Shown: piece by piece, positions 19,361-27,719 of the stretch | Numbering within the stretch: the stretch's first letter is position 1 | Layout: each line of letters opens with the position of its first letter | DNA from: a virus | Lineage: Duplodnaviria; Caudoviricetes | IMG/VR virus record: IMGVR_UViG_3300022890_000451 | Span: 1 to 36,245 of that record | Reading direction: 5' to 3' (one strand) | Length of the DNA: 36,245 bases | Position numbers and translations under genes: made by a program | Notes under the pieces: generated by a model | Database searches by the model: none | The model's input: only the letters and a program-made list of their open reading frames with translations | Told to the model about the DNA's origin: nothing

Positions 19361-19567
19361 AAGGCAATAATAGGTAACATATAGACGTATAGAAGTGTAT
19401 AGAATGGGTATTTATCCGATAATTTGTATAATATTCCTTCTAATCTCTTATATAGGGAATGTACCTAATATGCAATAGTAATTGTTAGTGTTTACCTTAT
19501 ATAATCTTTACCGACGGAGTATCCTATGTTCTATTAATTCTATTAAGTAGGCTAGTAACACCAATAC

Positions 19568-19608
19568 AATTACCTTTCTAAGCCCTCTGAAGGGGTCAAG
19601 GTTCTACG
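19568..19608 (-). promoter_or_regulatory. Copy 2 of dispersed intergenic motif
   Basis: rc CGTAGAACCTTGACCCCTT-8 nt-TTAGAAAGGTA matches CGTTGAACCTTGACCCCTT-8 nt-TTAGAAGGGTA at 28838. Confidence 0.55.
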
Positions 19609-19750
19609 CAATAGTGTTATCAATAGCTATGCTAGGGTTTTTAATAATAATGGCTTAAATAGGTCTTGTAGGACGTAATTGACTATAACAGGTGCTAACC
19701 TATAACAATTAATAGGCTAGCATTGATAAACTATAATTACTTAACTTCAA

Positions 19751-19930
19751 TTAATGAATAGTATCATCCTTTTGAACATACCTTATCTCAATACCTGCAC
19801 TTGTAGCCGAATAGGTGCTAAGTATTTTATATTTGGCCTTTAAAGCATTGGTAAAGGTATCAATGCCTTGCTCTACTACCGTTTCAATAGTTTCGTCCAA
19901 TATATCATCCACTAATACTAGTTGATACAT
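19751..19930 (-). CDS. Hypothetical protein (59 aa)
   Basis: Below ORF-track cutoff; MYQLVLVDDI..., TGAGGT RBS. Confidence 0.65.
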   Translation of the reverse strand: MYQLVLVDDILDETIETVVEQGIDTFTNALKAKYKILSTYSATSAGIEIRYVQKDDTIH

Positions 19931-19945
19931 AGTTACCTCATTGGG

Positions 19946-20458
19946 TTATTTATTAAGTTTGTCTTTAACTAATTGCTGTAATATTATCAACCTTTTCCTA
20001 ATAGCCTCATAAGATAATCCATGCTTATCACCAATGGCGCGATAAGATAAATCATTCATATTCCTATCAATATATATCTCATAATCTACACTATCGCCTA
20101 ATATGATTTTAATTTTATCAAGTAACAATTGAACTGTAATATTACTATCTGAATTGTTATGGTGCAAATTGTCTACAAAATCGGCACACCTACTATCACA
20201 CAATTTATGCTTATAGCTTGGAATACGTACTAGAGAGCCTGTATTCTCAATCGCTCTGATGATAGATTGTTTTATCCATTGGTACGCATAGGTGCTAAAC
20301 TTACACTTATTGTTCTCAATATACTTGCTATTAGCTGTTAGTAGCCCTATGTAGCCCTCTTGACACAAATCCTCGAAGTCTAATCCATTATTAATATACC
20401 TTTTAGCTACATACTTGACCAATCCCGTATGCTTTTCTATTAGTTTGGCATTATCCAT
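19946..20458 (-). CDS. Phage sigma-70 family RNA polymerase sigma factor
   Basis: Region 2 LV..VAKRY...GLDFEDLCQEGYIGL...KFSTYAYQWIKQSIIRAI...VRIP; region 4 HTH SYRAIGDKHGLSYEAIR. Confidence 0.9.
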   Translation of the reverse strand: MDNAKLIEKHTGLVKYVAKRYINNGLDFEDLCQEGYIGLLTANSKYIENNKCKFSTYAYQWIKQSIIRAIENTGSLVRIPSYKHKLCDSRCADFVDNLHHNNSDSNITVQLLLDKIKIILGDSVDYEIYIDRNMNDLSYRAIGDKHGLSYEAIRKRLIILQQLVKDKLNK

Positions 20459-20476
20459 GTTACACCCCTTCGGTAA

Positions 20477-20656
20477 TTATTCAAGATTATCCATCTGTTC
20501 AATATCTCTATAACCCGTCCTACAATATAAAACCTCATCCAATGTATCTAGACTACATCCTTTCGCATTAGTGATTAACTTTAATTCCTCTTCGGTAGCA
20601 ATGCCACGTTCGATAAGTATATCCCACATATCGCTTATAGTTTCGTCAATGGTCAT
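20477..20656 (-). CDS. Hypothetical protein (59 aa)
   Basis: MTIDETISDMWD...ATEEELKLIT...LYCRTGYRDIEQ; TGAGGT RBS. Confidence 0.7.
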   Translation of the reverse strand: MTIDETISDMWDILIERGIATEEELKLITNAKGCSLDTLDEVLYCRTGYRDIEQMDNLE

Positions 20657-20679
20657 AATATTACCTCATTAGTTACTTA

Positions 20680-21096
20680 TCATTGCTTTCTTAAAAATAT
20701 GAATTTATTGCCGTATGCCGTACATTCATTGATAGGGGTTTCCCATAGTCCAAAACTGCCCCATTTACTAATAACCCTAGTATTTAGCAGGTTCTTATTA
20801 TCGGTGCTAGATACTAAAGCATAGTGTAGCAGTATGCTATGGTCAAGAACACATACTAAATCACCTTTTTTTATATCGTTAAGTGTGATTTTATTATAAC
20901 CCTCTTCCAATAGTTCTTGTATACTATAATCGCTCCATATCCATTCAATAAGGCAGTCATGTACTGCATAGCTTTCACAATTATATTCCGCATTACTATC
21001 TTCATGTAATATATTGCTTATAGTGCTTTTTGGAGTGTACCTGTTTTCATCATTGTTTATGTATGATGGAGTTTCAATAGTATATGTATAAGTCAT
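20680..21096 (-). CDS. Hypothetical protein, possible papain-like fold (NCxxYA...HYA...SKWG)
   Basis: YNCESYA, GDLV, HYALV, ISKWG pattern; family not established. Confidence 0.55.
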   Translation of the reverse strand: MTYTYTIETPSYINNDENRYTPKSTISNILHEDSNAEYNCESYAVHDCLIEWIWSDYSIQELLEEGYNKITLNDIKKGDLVCVLDHSILLHYALVSSTDNKNLLNTRVISKWGSFGLWETPINECTAYGNKFIFLRKQ

Positions 21097-21108
21097 AATA
21101 TTACCTCA

Positions 21109-21360
21109 TTAGTTGTCTAAGTCGTATATATACGGCCGTTTACCTTCAATATCCACTTCACTATATGAGGCGATATAGTAATTATCACTCTCAAGTAGTC
21201 TATCTAAATCCATATAGGTTTTATCAGTAGGCAATAACTTGCCGTTCACTTGTAATAATAAATAATCTTTACAGCTTTGCTCCGAAAAGCCTATAAACTC
21301 AATTATTGTATTGTTTTCGTCCCAATCGTCATAATACTTTAAAATATAAATATCCTGCAT
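21109..21360 (-). CDS. Hypothetical protein
   Basis: ATG 21360 lies 8 nt after GGAGG. Confidence 0.65.
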   Translation of the reverse strand: MQDIYILKYYDDWDENNTIIEFIGFSEQSCKDYLLLQVNGKLLPTDKTYMDLDRLLESDNYYIASYSEVDIEGKRPYIYDLDN

Positions 21361-21379
21361 GGTGTACACCTCCAGTCAA

Positions 21380-21562
21380 TTAGTTATCTAAATTTACTAT
21401 CAATATCTCTGTATCTGGTAATTCAGGATGGTAGTCCTCACTATTCCATTCAACACTTTCCACCCCTTTATCTTTTAGGTACTTCTCTATAGCCTTGTCG
21501 CCGTCTAGTTCTTTACTTTCTGCAATATCGTTCAGTTCTCTTATTTTGTCTAATCCATGCAT
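21380..21562 (-). CDS. Hypothetical acidic protein
   Basis: AAGGGG RBS. Confidence 0.65.
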   Translation of the reverse strand: MHGLDKIRELNDIAESKELDGDKAIEKYLKDKGVESVEWNSEDYHPELPDTEILIVNLDN

Positions 21563-21581
21563 ATTATACCCCTTCGGTTAA

Positions 21582-21872
21582 TTATTTAATAAAATGTACA
21601 TCTGTATCAACTACCTCAAAATATATACAATCCTCTTTCCATCTTTTATTTAATGCTATTATGTAGGCCTTTAACACTTCAACCTTATCTGTCAATACCT
21701 CATACTTATAAGACAAGTCATATTCAACCTTTCCAGTTTCTGGATTAAACCATCCACCTTTTATTTCATACTTTGTAAAACCACCGAACTTCTCACACAA
21801 AGTATCATGGAATAGCAGTTTATCACACAATACTAATTTACACAATGGAACTATAAAGACTACCTTTTTCAT
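21582..21872 (-). CDS. Hypothetical protein (FGGFT...GGW...EDCIYF motif)
   Basis: GAGGTG RBS; ferredoxin/PII-like pattern suspected. Confidence 0.65.
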   Translation of the reverse strand: MKKVVFIVPLCKLVLCDKLLFHDTLCEKFGGFTKYEIKGGWFNPETGKVEYDLSYKYEVLTDKVEVLKAYIIALNKRWKEDCIYFEVVDTDVHFIK

Positions 21873-21874
21873 AA

Positions 21875-22558
21875 CTACACCTCGCTTTCTAGTTTATTTA
21901 ATCTCTTTAATAGCAATAGTTGATAAGTATCACCAAATTTTAAGTCTTTTAACTGGCACTTTATACCTTCGGCAGTATTGTCAAACTTGTTAAAATCTAC
22001 ATATGAATAAACATCAATATCATCCATTACATTATAATACAAGTCTACTTGCTCCAAATCACCTAGTATAAAACCTAACACACTGCCTAACATATGCTTA
22101 TTGTCGCTAAAATCCGTAAACTCTTTTGTAGTTGCTATCCAATCCCTATTATCATTACTATAATATGAACTAAAGCCGTCATACGAGGTATACCTATTTT
22201 TAATATATTCTTTAAATTTTGCCTCATTATCTCTTATATATACTTGAATAGCCTGTATTGCATTATCTGTTAAAGCTATCTTACAGTTAATAATATCAGT
22301 TTCAAAGTTATAGGCGTTCGGACTATATAAGCTATCAAATTCAATCCTAATATCTTCAAACTGCAAGCCTAAATCTAATATAGTATGTGCCTTAATTACC
22401 TTACATAACCTTTTAGACACGTCTTTTTGATACTCTTTATAATCTATGTAGTCAAGTATCTCATCACCATACTCGTCACGTAATTGACTATCGTCAAAAT
22501 CCCAAATAGTTTCATAAAACCCACTGAATTTAGGCAAGTATGTATCATATGTAGCCAT
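21875..22558 (-). CDS. Conserved phage hypothetical protein
   Basis: FSGFYET, SPNAYNFETD, YTSYDGF.S.YSN motifs; AAGGGG RBS. Confidence 0.7.
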   Translation of the reverse strand: MATYDTYLPKFSGFYETIWDFDDSQLRDEYGDEILDYIDYKEYQKDVSKRLCKVIKAHTILDLGLQFEDIRIEFDSLYSPNAYNFETDIINCKIALTDNAIQAIQVYIRDNEAKFKEYIKNRYTSYDGFSSYYSNDNRDWIATTKEFTDFSDNKHMLGSVLGFILGDLEQVDLYYNVMDDIDVYSYVDFNKFDNTAEGIKCQLKDLKFGDTYQLLLLKRLNKLESEV

Positions 22559-22582
22559 AAGACCCCTTTTGTTAGTTATAAA

Positions 22583-22870
22583 TTACATTCTATCATTAAA
22601 AACTATTAAACTAGTGTATTTTGCGCCTTCGTTATAAAACATCTCCAACTCTTCAACTAAAGCTTGTAAAGTTTCGTTCACTGTAAAGCCGTCTTTTAGA
22701 ATAAAACCTGACTGTAAAAATCCAGTGTTGCAGTAACCACCAAACACTAATGCTCTTTCAGTTTCTAATATATCAAAGTATACAAAACCATCATTAGTTT
22801 CTAATTCAATACCACTTAAATTTTCACCAACTCTTTTTGCATCTTTTAAGTTTTGTGCCGTCCATTCCAT
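22583..22870 (-). CDS. Hypothetical protein
   Basis: GAGGT RBS. Confidence 0.65.
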   Translation of the reverse strand: MEWTAQNLKDAKRVGENLSGIELETNDGFVYFDILETERALVFGGYCNTGFLQSGFILKDGFTVNETLQALVEELEMFYNEGAKYTSLIVFNDRM

Positions 22871-22886
22871 GTTAATACCTCTTTGG

Positions 22887-23087
22887 TTATTTAATATTAT
22901 CTATCTTCTCCACTAATGTTACATCATCATCATCATTAGTTAACAAGTCTTTATTTTGACACATTAAAATATCTTGAAAGAAAGATGTGAAGTCTTCATT
23001 AGTTTCATCAAAGTATATATGGCCTTCTGGCATCATGTTATAATCACTTACTTTACTTGCTACGATTATTTTATATGCTAGTTTCAT
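22887..23087 (-). CDS. Hypothetical protein, first gene of leftward array
   Basis: Likely start ATG 23087 (MKLAYKII); the longer track ORF runs over the promoter. Confidence 0.5.
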   Translation of the reverse strand: MKLAYKIIVASKVSDYNMMPEGHIYFDETNEDFTSFFQDILMCQNKDLLTNDDDDVTLVEKIDNIK

Positions 23088-23145
23088 ACTTCTATTACCC
23101 TGCATGTACCATGCCAATAAAAACTCCAATGATATTAGTATGAGA

Positions 23146-23174
23146 ATATATTCCCGTGTCATAATATTGACAAG
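23146..23174 (-). promoter_or_regulatory. Candidate leftward sigma70 promoter overlapped by palindrome
   Basis: TTGTCA-17 nt-TATATT on minus strand; GTCA-TAATAT-TGAC dyad at 23158-23171. Confidence 0.4.
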
Positions 23175-23497
23175 GTATTGCACAATAAGCCTATAACTTA
23201 AGGTGTATCTATATGATATTGTTATACAAGTAATTAATGACCCACTATAGGGTGTATTTATACCTTTAAGGTAGTATTACACCCCTTTAAAATATAATGA
23301 CATAATTATTATAATATGGTATATTAATTGCAACTACACAAACTATACCAATATGGCTAGAATTATTATTTATTATTAAAAATATAGGACTTTATTTAAT
23401 TTGTGTCGAATAATGAGGTTTGCAATATTTTCATACTTTTAGCTATGGTCCGAGAAACTTCGATTAGGGCTTGGGTATTACAACATAAGGAAACTAT

Positions 23498-23632
23498 ATG
23501 GAACGAATAGAAAGCTGTGTAATATGTGGTGAACCGTTATCAGTAGATAGAGTTATGAATGGTATTTCTATATGTGATGAATGTGAGGAGTTATCAACTA
23601 CCGAAGGAGAATGTTATGATAAAGAGGATTAG
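23498..23632 (+). CDS. Small zinc-finger protein (44 aa)
   Basis: MERIESCVICGEPL...ICDECEE; AAGGA RBS. Confidence 0.6.
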   Translation: MERIESCVICGEPLSVDRVMNGISICDECEELSTTEGECYDKED

Positions 23633-24170
23633 TATATTACTTTTATTGCTATTTATAGCTTCATGTGGTAGAACCTCCGGCAAGTTTGATCAAAATGATA
23701 CAACACCATTAACGTGTCAAGAAATGTATAGTCAAGAGTTTTGTGATAGTATTAGAGGAGAGGATGGTGAGTCTATTACTGGTGCCGAAGGATTATCAGG
23801 AGAGAATGGTATTAATGGAATAGATGGTGAGGATGCAGAGCCTTGCACAGTAGTTGGTGTATTAGATGAGGACACAGGAGACACAGGAGCCTTAATAACG
23901 TGCCCAACTAGCCAAGCTATAGTATGGGATGGGGTAGAGGGAGAAGATGGATCAGATGCCATCCTGGAGGTTATAGACCCCTGCGGTAAAGAAACTACTT
24001 ATGATGAAGTATTGTTTAGACTATCTGATGGTAATATATATGCTGTATATGCACACATTAAAGGTAATAAATATGAAATAATGTTGACACAGCTTATTAA
24101 TTCATGGTATATAACAACTGATGGCACAGATTGTAATTTTAACCTATTCAATGGTGAGGTAACCTGGTGA
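23616..24170 (+). CDS. Lipoprotein with short collagen-like G-X-Y repeats
   Basis: MIKRISILLLLLFIASC lipobox; GAEGLSGENGINGIDGED; Cys-rich C-terminal domain; AAGGAG RBS. Confidence 0.8.
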   Translation: MIKRISILLLLLFIASCGRTSGKFDQNDTTPLTCQEMYSQEFCDSIRGEDGESITGAEGLSGENGINGIDGEDAEPCTVVGVLDEDTGDTGALITCPTSQAIVWDGVEGEDGSDAILEVIDPCGKETTYDEVLFRLSDGNIYAVYAHIKGNKYEIMLTQLINSWYITTDGTDCNFNLFNGEVTW

Positions 24171-25483
24171 GAAATAAGATTATAAAAGTATGGAAAGATG
24201 AGGATAACAGAAGATGGTACTTACCTGACTGTGATGACTTTCCTTATATATCCTCTTCAACATTGGTAGGCATAGCCAAGACTTATAGGTATAGAGGTTT
24301 TAAGAAAGATGATAAATCAGCTAAGAGATTACAGAAAGCTGGTCAAATAGGTACTAATATACATGCTGTATTTGAACAATATAATAGGAAACAACTAGGA
24401 GAAGACTTCTATGTAGATCCTAAGATATGTACTAGATATAATCAAATACTACTCAATTATATTAAGAAAGTAGAATTAATATCTCTTAATGAAGGAGAGG
24501 TTAAAGTAGTAGAGGTAGAACGTGGTGTTATTAACTCCTTATACAAGTATGCTGGTAGATTTGATGTATTAGTTACCGTAGGAGGAGAATATGAGATATG
24601 GGATTATAAAACAAGTAGACAAGTAAAAGAAGAGGACGGCTGGCAGTTAGCTAGTTATATGCTTGCATTGCTCCTAGAGGGGATTAAAGTAAAAAGAGTA
24701 CGTATCATACACATAGATAAAATATCCTATAAGATAACAGATTTAAAATATCGACATCATGGATATATGATACGTAAGTTTCTAGGACTAATGGACACAT
24801 TTAAAGGAATGTACTTTAATGACCTATTAAGAGGCCGTATTAATGATATAGATGAACTAGGTAAGAAATATAAATGGCCTTTAGACGAATTACTTAAGTG
24901 TTATGTAATAGACTATAATAAACAAGAGGAGAACATTATGGAACTACAAGAAGTAACAGGACTAGGAGACAAGAAAACATTTGTCAAAGATCCTAACAGA
25001 GTAGATTTTAGTGATGGAGAAGTAATTGGCACCCTATTAGGTGCTGTGCCTAGCCGATGGGTACACAAAGCCGGCAAGAAAGTATTTGCATGTACCGGTA
25101 AGGATAAGTGTGAGAGATGTAAGTTAGGTATGAAGAAAGCAGTACAGTTTAAAGCCAATTTCTTAACACTAGATGCTACAGATAAACCAGTTATTAAATA
25201 CATAGTATCTGAATCAATTAGACTGTTCTTTGCTTTAAATGGAGCTATGAAAGAAATAGCCGCTAATGATGGTGATACTAGAACAGCAGTAATAAGGATA
25301 GAAAGATCAGGTACAGGATATGATACACAGTACAAAGTAGAAAGTATTGCACCTAAGTGTAAAGCATTACAGAACATAGCTGAAACTATTAAAGATATGG
25401 AACCACATGAATTAACATTTGATCCACTTGAAGATGATGGAGATCAAGGTGATACCCCTGATAGAACAGATATTGTAGAGTAA
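24167..25483 (+). CDS. PD-(D/E)XK exonuclease fused to probable ssDNA-binding protein
   Basis: GTNIH..FE, YAGRFD, WDYKTS, WQLASY; second domain H..C..C..C, IERSGTGYDTQY, acidic tail; internal GAGGAG-ATG at 24938. Confidence 0.75.
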   Translation: MRNKIIKVWKDEDNRRWYLPDCDDFPYISSSTLVGIAKTYRYRGFKKDDKSAKRLQKAGQIGTNIHAVFEQYNRKQLGEDFYVDPKICTRYNQILLNYIKKVELISLNEGEVKVVEVERGVINSLYKYAGRFDVLVTVGGEYEIWDYKTSRQVKEEDGWQLASYMLALLLEGIKVKRVRIIHIDKISYKITDLKYRHHGYMIRKFLGLMDTFKGMYFNDLLRGRINDIDELGKKYKWPLDELLKCYVIDYNKQEENIMELQEVTGLGDKKTFVKDPNRVDFSDGEVIGTLLGAVPSRWVHKAGKKVFACTGKDKCERCKLGMKKAVQFKANFLTLDATDKPVIKYIVSESIRLFFALNGAMKEIAANDGDTRTAVIRIERSGTGYDTQYKVESIAPKCKALQNIAETIKDMEPHELTFDPLEDDGDQGDTPDRTDIVE

Positions 25484-25501
25484 TAACTAGAGGACAATAC
25501 T

Positions 25502-26197
25502 ATGTTTAAGAAGACACAACATAAACCGTATTTAATTATTCCAGATACACATGCACCTTATCATCATAAGGACACCATCAAGTTCCTTAAGGCAGTATAT
25601 AAGAGGTTTAATTGTCAAGATAAGGTGATACATATAGGAGATATATTTGACTTTCATGCCATTAGTAAGTATACAGTAGAACCAGATGCACCTACGGCAA
25701 AGGATGAGTACCAAAAGGCATTAAAGTTCAGTAAGGAGCTATGTAAAGCATTTCCTAAAGGAGTATTAATAATAGGTAACCATGATACCAGAGCTACATC
25801 TACATTAAAAGCAATGGGAATACCTATGGAGTTTATGAAGTCATCTAAGGAACTATTCGGATTAACTAAAGGATGGAAAGTAGAACCACTATGCCATGTA
25901 ATTAAAGAACTAGATGTATTATGTGAACATGGTAACAATAGTACCGGCCCTAATGGAGCATTAAACACAGCTATATTTAAACGTACTAGCTTTGTTCAGG
26001 GCCATTGCCATAGTGAAGCAGGATGTAAGTACAGTGCTAACCACGATAGCTTAATATTTGGTATGAATGTAGGCTGTTTAGTGGATAATACATCTCTAGC
26101 TATGAGATATGGCAAATACTTAAAGAAAAAAGGTGTATTAGGATGTGGTCTAGTATACTCAAATAGTCATGCAGAGTTTATACCAATGGAGATATGA
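25502..26197 (+). CDS. Calcineurin-like metallophosphoesterase
   Basis: DTH, GDIFD, GNHD, HG, GHCH motifs. Confidence 0.9.
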   Translation: MFKKTQHKPYLIIPDTHAPYHHKDTIKFLKAVYKRFNCQDKVIHIGDIFDFHAISKYTVEPDAPTAKDEYQKALKFSKELCKAFPKGVLIIGNHDTRATSTLKAMGIPMEFMKSSKELFGLTKGWKVEPLCHVIKELDVLCEHGNNSTGPNGALNTAIFKRTSFVQGHCHSEAGCKYSANHDSLIFGMNVGCLVDNTSLAMRYGKYLKKKGVLGCGLVYSNSHAEFIPMEI

Positions 26198-26207
26198 GGA
26201 GGAAGAT

Positions 26208-26684
26208 ATGATTGGTAAAAGAAATTGCCCTAAATGTGGTAGAGCTATGGAAGTATTATTTACTAGCTACTACTGCCCTTACTGTGCAAAGATGGAAGAA
26301 AGAGATAAACTCAATAGAGAACTAAACGAATGGGATTGCCCAGAAGAAGGACAAGATGGTATATCAGTAATAAGTTATGGTACTAAAACAGAGTATGATC
26401 CTACTTATGGGAATACCTCAAGTGGGGCTAAAGCACCTTCTCCTTCTGGAGTACCACAATGCTCATTTAGAGAGCTTATTATAGGAGATACTGTAACGAT
26501 AAAGAATGATCTAATTGTAGGTAGTGACTATGATGATGCACCCTTTATGGATGAAATGAAAGCATTAGCAGGAACGACTACAGTGATTAGGAGTAAAAAG
26601 TATAATTCATTTATTTCTAGTACCTTATATAGATTAGATGCAGATCAAAGGAAATGGAATTGGACTCAAGAAATGTTTGAATAA
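26208..26684 (+). CDS. Zinc ribbon plus SH3/KOW-like domain protein
   Basis: CPKCG...CPYC; IGDTVTIK...WNWTQEMFE; GAGGAGG RBS. Confidence 0.65.
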   Translation: MIGKRNCPKCGRAMEVLFTSYYCPYCAKMEERDKLNRELNEWDCPEEGQDGISVISYGTKTEYDPTYGNTSSGAKAPSPSGVPQCSFRELIIGDTVTIKNDLIVGSDYDDAPFMDEMKALAGTTTVIRSKKYNSFISSTLYRLDADQRKWNWTQEMFE

Positions 26685-26699
26685 ACTAGGAAAGGTATA

Positions 26700-27059
26700 A
26701 TGAAAAAGAAACGTATTAAAGATCCTGAGTTTAAAGTGTATATAGAGGGACTACCCTGTTATATATGTGGCCATAAAGCTGATGGGTATAGGAGTATATA
26801 TAGTGAGTATACTGATACGTTTAAGAAGAAACCTTGTAAGAATACTGCACATCATTGTGATGTAGATAGGACTAGAGCTAAGAACGATCATAGAGTATTA
26901 CCTTTATGTGGTCACTATGTAATAAGTGGTAAAGGTACTTGTAATTGTCATAATATTGTTCATTCCGAAGGAGTGTACAAAACTAAAGAATCACTAGAGA
27001 AGCTTAGTAAAGATGCTGATAAGTATTATGAAGAGTATCTTAAACTAAAGGAGAATTAG
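26700..27059 (+). CDS. Zn-binding HNH-like protein (DUF968-like)
   Basis: LPCYICG...AHH...VLPLC...CH..VH. Confidence 0.65.
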   Translation: MKKKRIKDPEFKVYIEGLPCYICGHKADGYRSIYSEYTDTFKKKPCKNTAHHCDVDRTRAKNDHRVLPLCGHYVISGKGTCNCHNIVHSEGVYKTKESLEKLSKDADKYYEEYLKLKEN

Positions 27060-27542
27060 ATGAAAGCCTATTTAGCAGGTGGTATTGATAGAAGAGATGA
27101 TAGAGGCATGACCTGGAGAAGACTAATTACTCCAATGCTATCTGATATAGGCATAGAAGTCTATAATCCATGTATAGAAGAGAATGATATATTTGAGAAA
27201 CATAATGTAGCACCTAGTGAATTAGAAACTACTAAGAAGTATAACTTTGAAATAACTAAAGAATTAGGACATGATATCTGTGAAAGAGATATATCAGCAA
27301 TCAAGAAATGTGATATGATGATAGTATATTATGACCGTTCAGTAAATCTCTCCTCCGGTACAGTATCGGAGATGACTTTAGCTAAACATATATTCAAAAT
27401 GCCAATATATTGTATTAAGAAGGTATCTAAAAAAGATATACCATTATGGACTTGTGGTACACTATACTCTAATGTACCAGAATTTAAAAACTTAGAAGAG
27501 TGTGTAAGCTATATTAGAAAGGAACATAAGAATGGGATATAA
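27060..27542 (+). CDS. Nucleoside 2-deoxyribosyltransferase/NMP hydrolase-like protein
   Basis: YLAG, WR, VYNP, D...I..CD, SSGTVSE. Confidence 0.8.
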   Translation: MKAYLAGGIDRRDDRGMTWRRLITPMLSDIGIEVYNPCIEENDIFEKHNVAPSELETTKKYNFEITKELGHDICERDISAIKKCDMMIVYYDRSVNLSSGTVSEMTLAKHIFKMPIYCIKKVSKKDIPLWTCGTLYSNVPEFKNLEECVSYIRKEHKNGI

Positions 27543-27717
27543 GCCTAAGTTTAAAATAGGTGATAAAGTAAGATACATAGGAAATGAAAGAAAAGTACCA
27601 GGACCTTGTACAATAGATAGAATAGTAAAAACGTTCCAGAATTATCATGTAATAGACGCTAAAGGAATAGGTAGAGTATTCACAGAGAATGATTTAAAAC
27701 TAGTAAAGGAGAAGTAA
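27532..27717 (+). CDS. Small SH3-like (YorP-like) protein
   Basis: PKFKIGDKV...F.E.DL. Confidence 0.6.
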   Translation: MGYKPKFKIGDKVRYIGNERKVPGPCTIDRIVKTFQNYHVIDAKGIGRVFTENDLKLVKEK

Positions 27718-27719
27718 AT

